Positions 42,732 to 46,077 of a stretch of 46,077 nt of DNA are shown in pieces; the stretch's first letter is position 1; every line of letters starts with the position of its first letter. The stretch comes from Eubacteriales bacterium (GTDB taxonomy: Bacteria > Bacillota > Clostridia > Oscillospirales > CAG-272). The stretch is from contig JAZQWH010000005.1 of NCBI GenBank assembly GCA_045632205.1, positions 1-46,077 on the forward strand, in the 5' to 3' direction. The translations under genes and the position numbers were made by a program. The notes below the pieces were generated by a model that worked only from the letters and a program-made list of their open reading frames with translations, did not search any database and was not told where the DNA came from.

Positions 42732-43543
42732 TCGCTCACCTCATCATATCGCGGATCGTCGCCCTGCTGCGCGCGCAATGCCGCCGCTTTGCGTTCCACC
42801 TCGGCGTAATCCACGCCCGCCCGGTTGCCGTATCGCGGCAGCGCCGTCCCCTTGCTGCGATCTTGTGCCTTGTTCAGCCAGTTCACCAAAAACGCCTTGA
42901 TGTTGATTTTGCGGCGGTTCGCGTCCAGCCACGCCGAAGCCTTGCCGAGTTCCATTTCGAGGTCGATGCCGTCATAATACCCGCGCCATTGTTCCAATTG
43001 CTCCGGGGTGATCCCGTGGATCTTCCGGTCTCCGTCATAATCGAACGTGATCTCGCTGTCGCCTTTTTTCGCTTTCTTCGGAGCGCCGCCCGCGCTGTCC
43101 GATTTTTCGGCGGCGCGGGACTTACCCGAAGATGCGTTAGCATCGAAGGGTAAGTGTCCATTATATTCTGCTTCTGCATCCGCTTCCGCTTCTGCATCGG
43201 GGGTTTTCGGGGTTTCCAAAACCCCATCCGCCGTTTTTTGTGGTTTTTTGGCGGCGTTCGGGGTTTTGTCCTTCTTCGGTCTGCCCCCCATCTTTCCGAA
43301 CTCTGCTCCAAGTTTCCCGTTTTCGCGGTTGCGTTCGCACTTGGCGTTGTAAATATCCCGGTCATGGTCGATACGTTGCTGAAACTCGTTCCACAGCGCG
43401 GCCATTATCCCGGTGAATTTCGGCGCTTTGGCACTCATGGCATAGTCGCGGATCGCGTCGAGCATCTGCAAGCGCTCGGCGTCGGGCAACTGCCGTAAAG
43501 TGTCAAACCATCGAAACGGGAAAACCATAGCGTCTTTCGCCAT
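42728..43543 (-). CDS. Replication-associated protein (DUF6291-like N-terminus, DnaD/replisome-organizer-like C-terminus)
   Basis: FPFRWFDTLRQLPDAERLQMLDAIRDYA....NRENGKLG..GGRPKK. Confidence 0.55.
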   Translation of the reverse strand: MAKDAMVFPFRWFDTLRQLPDAERLQMLDAIRDYAMSAKAPKFTGIMAALWNEFQQRIDHDRDIYNAKCERNRENGKLGAEFGKMGGRPKKDKTPNAAKKPQKTADGVLETPKTPDAEAEADAEAEYNGHLPFDANASSGKSRAAEKSDSAGGAPKKAKKGDSEITFDYDGDRKIHGITPEQLEQWRGYYDGIDLEMELGKASAWLDANRRKINIKAFLVNWLNKAQDRSKGTALPRYGNRAGVDYAEVERKAAALRAQQGDDPRYDEVSE

Positions 43544-43622
43544 TACTCATTGCCTCCCTTGAAGGTTGCCGCCCTTGTTACCCTCCGGCGCGGCTCCCGG
43601 AGTTCTCTTGTGGAGGCAAGAG

Positions 43623-44720
43623 TTAAATCAAACTGTCCGCGATCTTGTTGGCGATCTCGGAAACATACGCTTCGGGGCTTTCCATGAACTTGCTATTCTC
43701 GGTCGCTCCCCACGCCGGAATATCGTCGATGTCCGCGATCTTGAGCGTTTCCCGGCAGTAGGCGACGAACTGCACCATCGTCACGGGCGCGTTGCTCTTG
43801 TGGAGCAGTTCCGCAATGATCTCGCTGCGAAGTTTGTCGGGAGCGGCGGCAGTGGTTTCGGCTTTCTTTTCCGCGATCTTCTCCTTGAGCGCGGCGGCGC
43901 GGTCGGCGTTGACCTCCTTCTGCACCTCGGCGGGGGTCTCGCTTTCGTCCGGGACTTCGAGCCCTTCGATGTCGAGGATGTCGCTGTTATCCGCTTCTTC
44001 GCCCATCGCGGCGGCGGTCTCCGCTTTCACCGCGTCCGCAAACTCAATGCTCATCGGCGCGCGTTTCAAAAGCCGCTTCAAAACCGTTTTGAGCGCCATT
44101 TGATCGTAATCCGTGACCCACGGCCCCGACCCGCTCGCCTTGCTTCGATTGCGAATTGCGTCGATCTCCGGCTTGGACATCACCTCGAAGTCGATGTTCC
44201 CGCTTTTGGTGCGGAAAACGGCGTAGTAGCAGACCGCCTGATCGCCCCGGTCCCCGGTATAGTCGGGCTTGTGGATGATCTTTCGCTCCGTACCTTCCTC
44301 GACCTCGAATACGTCCTTCGGGTAGACCGCCTTTGCGTAGATTTCCGCGATCTCGCCCGACCGCCGCGCGAGGTTGATAAGCCCGCGATACGACGGCATG
44401 AACTGCGCTTCGTTGATCCCCTTCTTGGCGTTCCAAAACGGAACGAGATACCCCTCCGCGAGCGCGCCGTTCGGCTCCAAGCCGAGGGTAAAGCCGCGAA
44501 CGGTGGAAAGGAACAGACTGCCCGCGTCGCACTTGGCAAGCGTCGGCGTGGTGCTGATCGCATTGATGACCGTCCGGCACATCCGGTCGAAGTTGAAGCC
44601 GTGCGGCAGACTGCGCAAAAGCACGGATTTATTTTTGGTGAGATAAGCGGAAACTATACCCGCCGTTTTCTTCGCCAGCGCGCCCACGTCCTCGTTGTTT
44701 CGCTTCACATCGTAGCCCAT
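43623..44720 (-). CDS. recT: RecT family single-strand annealing recombinase
   Basis: ..SLFLSTVRGFTLGLEPNGALAEGYLVPF...MPSYRGLINLARRSGEI...GPWVTDYDQMALKTVLKRLLK. Confidence 0.88.
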   Translation of the reverse strand: MGYDVKRNNEDVGALAKKTAGIVSAYLTKNKSVLLRSLPHGFNFDRMCRTVINAISTTPTLAKCDAGSLFLSTVRGFTLGLEPNGALAEGYLVPFWNAKKGINEAQFMPSYRGLINLARRSGEIAEIYAKAVYPKDVFEVEEGTERKIIHKPDYTGDRGDQAVCYYAVFRTKSGNIDFEVMSKPEIDAIRNRSKASGSGPWVTDYDQMALKTVLKRLLKRAPMSIEFADAVKAETAAAMGEEADNSDILDIEGLEVPDESETPAEVQKEVNADRAAALKEKIAEKKAETTAAAPDKLRSEIIAELLHKSNAPVTMVQFVAYCRETLKIADIDDIPAWGATENSKFMESPEAYVSEIANKIADSLI

Positions 44721-44723
44721 TCT

Positions 44724-45662
44724 TTACTTTGCCTCCGTGTTGTTGTTGATGGTGTAAATCCGAAGCGACTTTTGCGTTTCGGTTTCCTTGACGTACTTAT
44801 AGTAATCTTCGGGATGATCCAATTTGAACTTCTTTTGGTCGAAACTCGACCGCCGCGAGGATTTGTAAAACACGCGGCGACTTCCGCACTCCACCGCTTC
44901 GTGATCGTTCAGATGCTCCGCGATCCGCGCTTTCACGCTATCGGCAAGTTCGGTAGCGTCCTTCTGCATCGCCGTAACTTCGTCATATTCCTTGAGCATG
45001 GCGGCAAGCGCCGCGTCCGCGTTGAAGTCCTCAAGTTTCCCTTCGTACTTCGGCGCGTCGGGCAGCGGCGGCAACATGCTTTCGGTCGGAGCGGTGCGCG
45101 TTTCGACCTGACCCCAAAACTCCACCAACTTCGGTTCGACTTCGGCGTACAGCGCCGCGTCCGGCGCGACCTCGAAGTAGAGCAGCCGCCCACTTTCACG
45201 GCACAGAATGGCGAATGCGCCCCAACGGTATTTGCCGTTCCCGCAATGGAAATAGTGCTGCATTTGGAGCGTGTAATCGTCAGGCAGACCGTACAGTTCG
45301 ATGCGGTTGAAGAAGAACCGCGACACCGCCTTGCACTCCAAGATGCCGACCCCGCGCGGATCGCCCAAAATTTCGCGGTCGATGTTGCCGATCAAAAACG
45401 GATGATCGTCCGCGACGAGCAGCGTATTGCGCCGCCGCACTTTGTATCCCGTAGCGGCGGCGTACTTCTGTGCGGTGTATTCTTCCAGGTAACTTGCGAG
45501 CGACAACACGTCGCTTTGGATGTCCACCACGGGATCGTCATTCGTCTTATCCTTCCACACCTCATACGCCGATTTCCACTTAGACAGACCCAAGATCGCC
45601 GCCACGTCCGACCCGCCGATGCCCGATTTGCGACGCTGTAGAAACTCATTCCGGTAGATCAT
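44724..45662 (-). CDS. YqaJ-like (lambda Exo-type) recombination exonuclease
   Basis: RRKSGIGGSDVAAILGLSKWKSAYEVW.. . ATG 45662 overlaps the upstream stop (ATGA). Confidence 0.85.
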   Translation of the reverse strand: MIYRNEFLQRRKSGIGGSDVAAILGLSKWKSAYEVWKDKTNDDPVVDIQSDVLSLASYLEEYTAQKYAAATGYKVRRRNTLLVADDHPFLIGNIDREILGDPRGVGILECKAVSRFFFNRIELYGLPDDYTLQMQHYFHCGNGKYRWGAFAILCRESGRLLYFEVAPDAALYAEVEPKLVEFWGQVETRTAPTESMLPPLPDAPKYEGKLEDFNADAALAAMLKEYDEVTAMQKDATELADSVKARIAEHLNDHEAVECGSRRVFYKSSRRSSFDQKKFKLDHPEDYYKYVKETETQKSLRIYTINNNTEAK

Positions 45663-46077
45663 TCCGCCACCTCCACGAACTTGCCATTCTTGACCGTGTA
45701 CCAAGTGTCGGCTTTGATCTTCTCCCCATCAACCTTGCCGGAGATTAGCGCGACCGGATGCCATTCGCCTTTGTCATTCTCTCGCCACTCCGCGCAAGCG
45801 ATGAAGCAGCCGAGCGCGCCCTTGACCTTGCTTTCGCGTCCGGTGGCGGCTATCACGGAGTTCTCCCCGGTCGCTTCGAGTTGCGACCCATCGCCCGAAC
45901 TGGCGAGTTTCGACCCATCGCCCGAACTGGCGAGTTTCGACCCATCGCCCGAACTGGCGAGTTGCGACTCATCGCCCGAACTGGCGAGTTTCGACCCATC
46001 GCCCGAACTGGCGAGTTTCGACCCATGGCCCGAACTGGCGAGTTTCGACCAATCGCCCGAACTGGCGAGTTTCGACC
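45659..46077 (-). CDS. C-terminal part of the repeat protein (continues from the window start if circular)
   Basis: The open frame enters from the window end: SKLASSGDWSKLASSGHGSKLASSGDGSKLASSGDESQLAS...SGDGSQLEATGENSVIAATGRESKVKG...KNGKFVEVAE stop. Confidence 0.7.
   Translation of the reverse strand, partial: SKLASSGDWSKLASSGHGSKLASSGDGSKLASSGDESQLASSGDGSKLASSGDGSKLASSGDGSQLEATGENSVIAATGRESKVKGALGCFIACAEWRENDKGEWHPVALISGKVDGEKIKADTWYTVKNGKFVEVAE
45874..46077 (-). repeat. 27-bp tandem repeat, about 7.5 copies with point variants
   Basis: Units begin at 45899, 45926, 45953, 45980, 46007 and 46034, with a 17-nt partial unit at 46061. Variants are TTGCGACTC (DESQ), CATGGCC (H) and CCAATC (W). 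Confidence 0.95.

Larger units (their letters stand above)
1..46077. mobile_element. Complete or near-complete temperate contractile-tailed phage genome, apparently circular or circularly permuted
   Basis: Integrase plus tRNA-fragment att site and a divergent repressor switch. Full head/tail/baseplate block on the + strand; RecT/exonuclease/methylase early block on the - strand. No host housekeeping genes seen. Last 17 nt equal first 17 nt, and one ORF continues over both ends. Confidence 0.85.

Overview
The 46,077-nt window reads as one complete temperate phage genome with a contractile tail (myovirus-like). I saw no host housekeeping genes. The contig is opened inside a 27-bp tandem-repeat gene: the last 17 nt equal the first 17 nt, and one minus-strand ORF runs off both ends, so the molecule is probably circular or circularly permuted.

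Layout:
- (a) 1.2-6.9 kb, lysogeny/immunity module. It holds two duplicated promoter-leader-small-ORF cassettes, a ribbon-helix-helix (RHH) gene and a divergent switch region. A rightward operon follows: HTH/zinc-ribbon repressor-like protein, membrane Ser/Thr kinase with a Cache-like ectodomain, zinc-ribbon membrane protein, a 27-codon micro-ORF, a low-GC secreted protein and a tyrosine integrase. The module ends at a tRNA 3' fragment that is the likely attP.
- (b) 7.1-9.4 kb, a leftward accessory operon punctuated by GCACGTG motifs.
- (c) 9.4-9.8 kb, an AT-rich control region with face-to-face promoters and an intrinsic terminator.
- (d) 9.9-34.5 kb, the rightward late block: small and large terminase subunits (TerS, TerL), portal, Mu-F-like head protein, scaffold, decoration protein, major capsid, connectors, sheath, tube, tail chaperone with a T_TTT_TTC -1 frameshift site, tape measure, baseplate, fibres and a lysis-like region.
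- (e) 34.7-46.1 kb, continuing into 1-0.94 kb, a long translationally coupled leftward early operon: YqaJ exonuclease, RecT, replication protein, two DNA methyltransferases, Gp37/Gp68, RusA-like protein, YopX, an SPFH (band-7/prohibitin-like) protein, a glycosyltransferase-like protein and many micro-ORFs with ATGA overlaps.

The strongest candidate for an undescribed system is the repressor-like HTH/Zn-ribbon gene translationally coupled to a Cache-sensor Hanks kinase, together with its micro-ORF and membrane/secreted partners. The neighbouring duplicated small-ORF cassettes with a covarying leader hairpin come second.

All family names come from motif recognition by eye. No database search was run.
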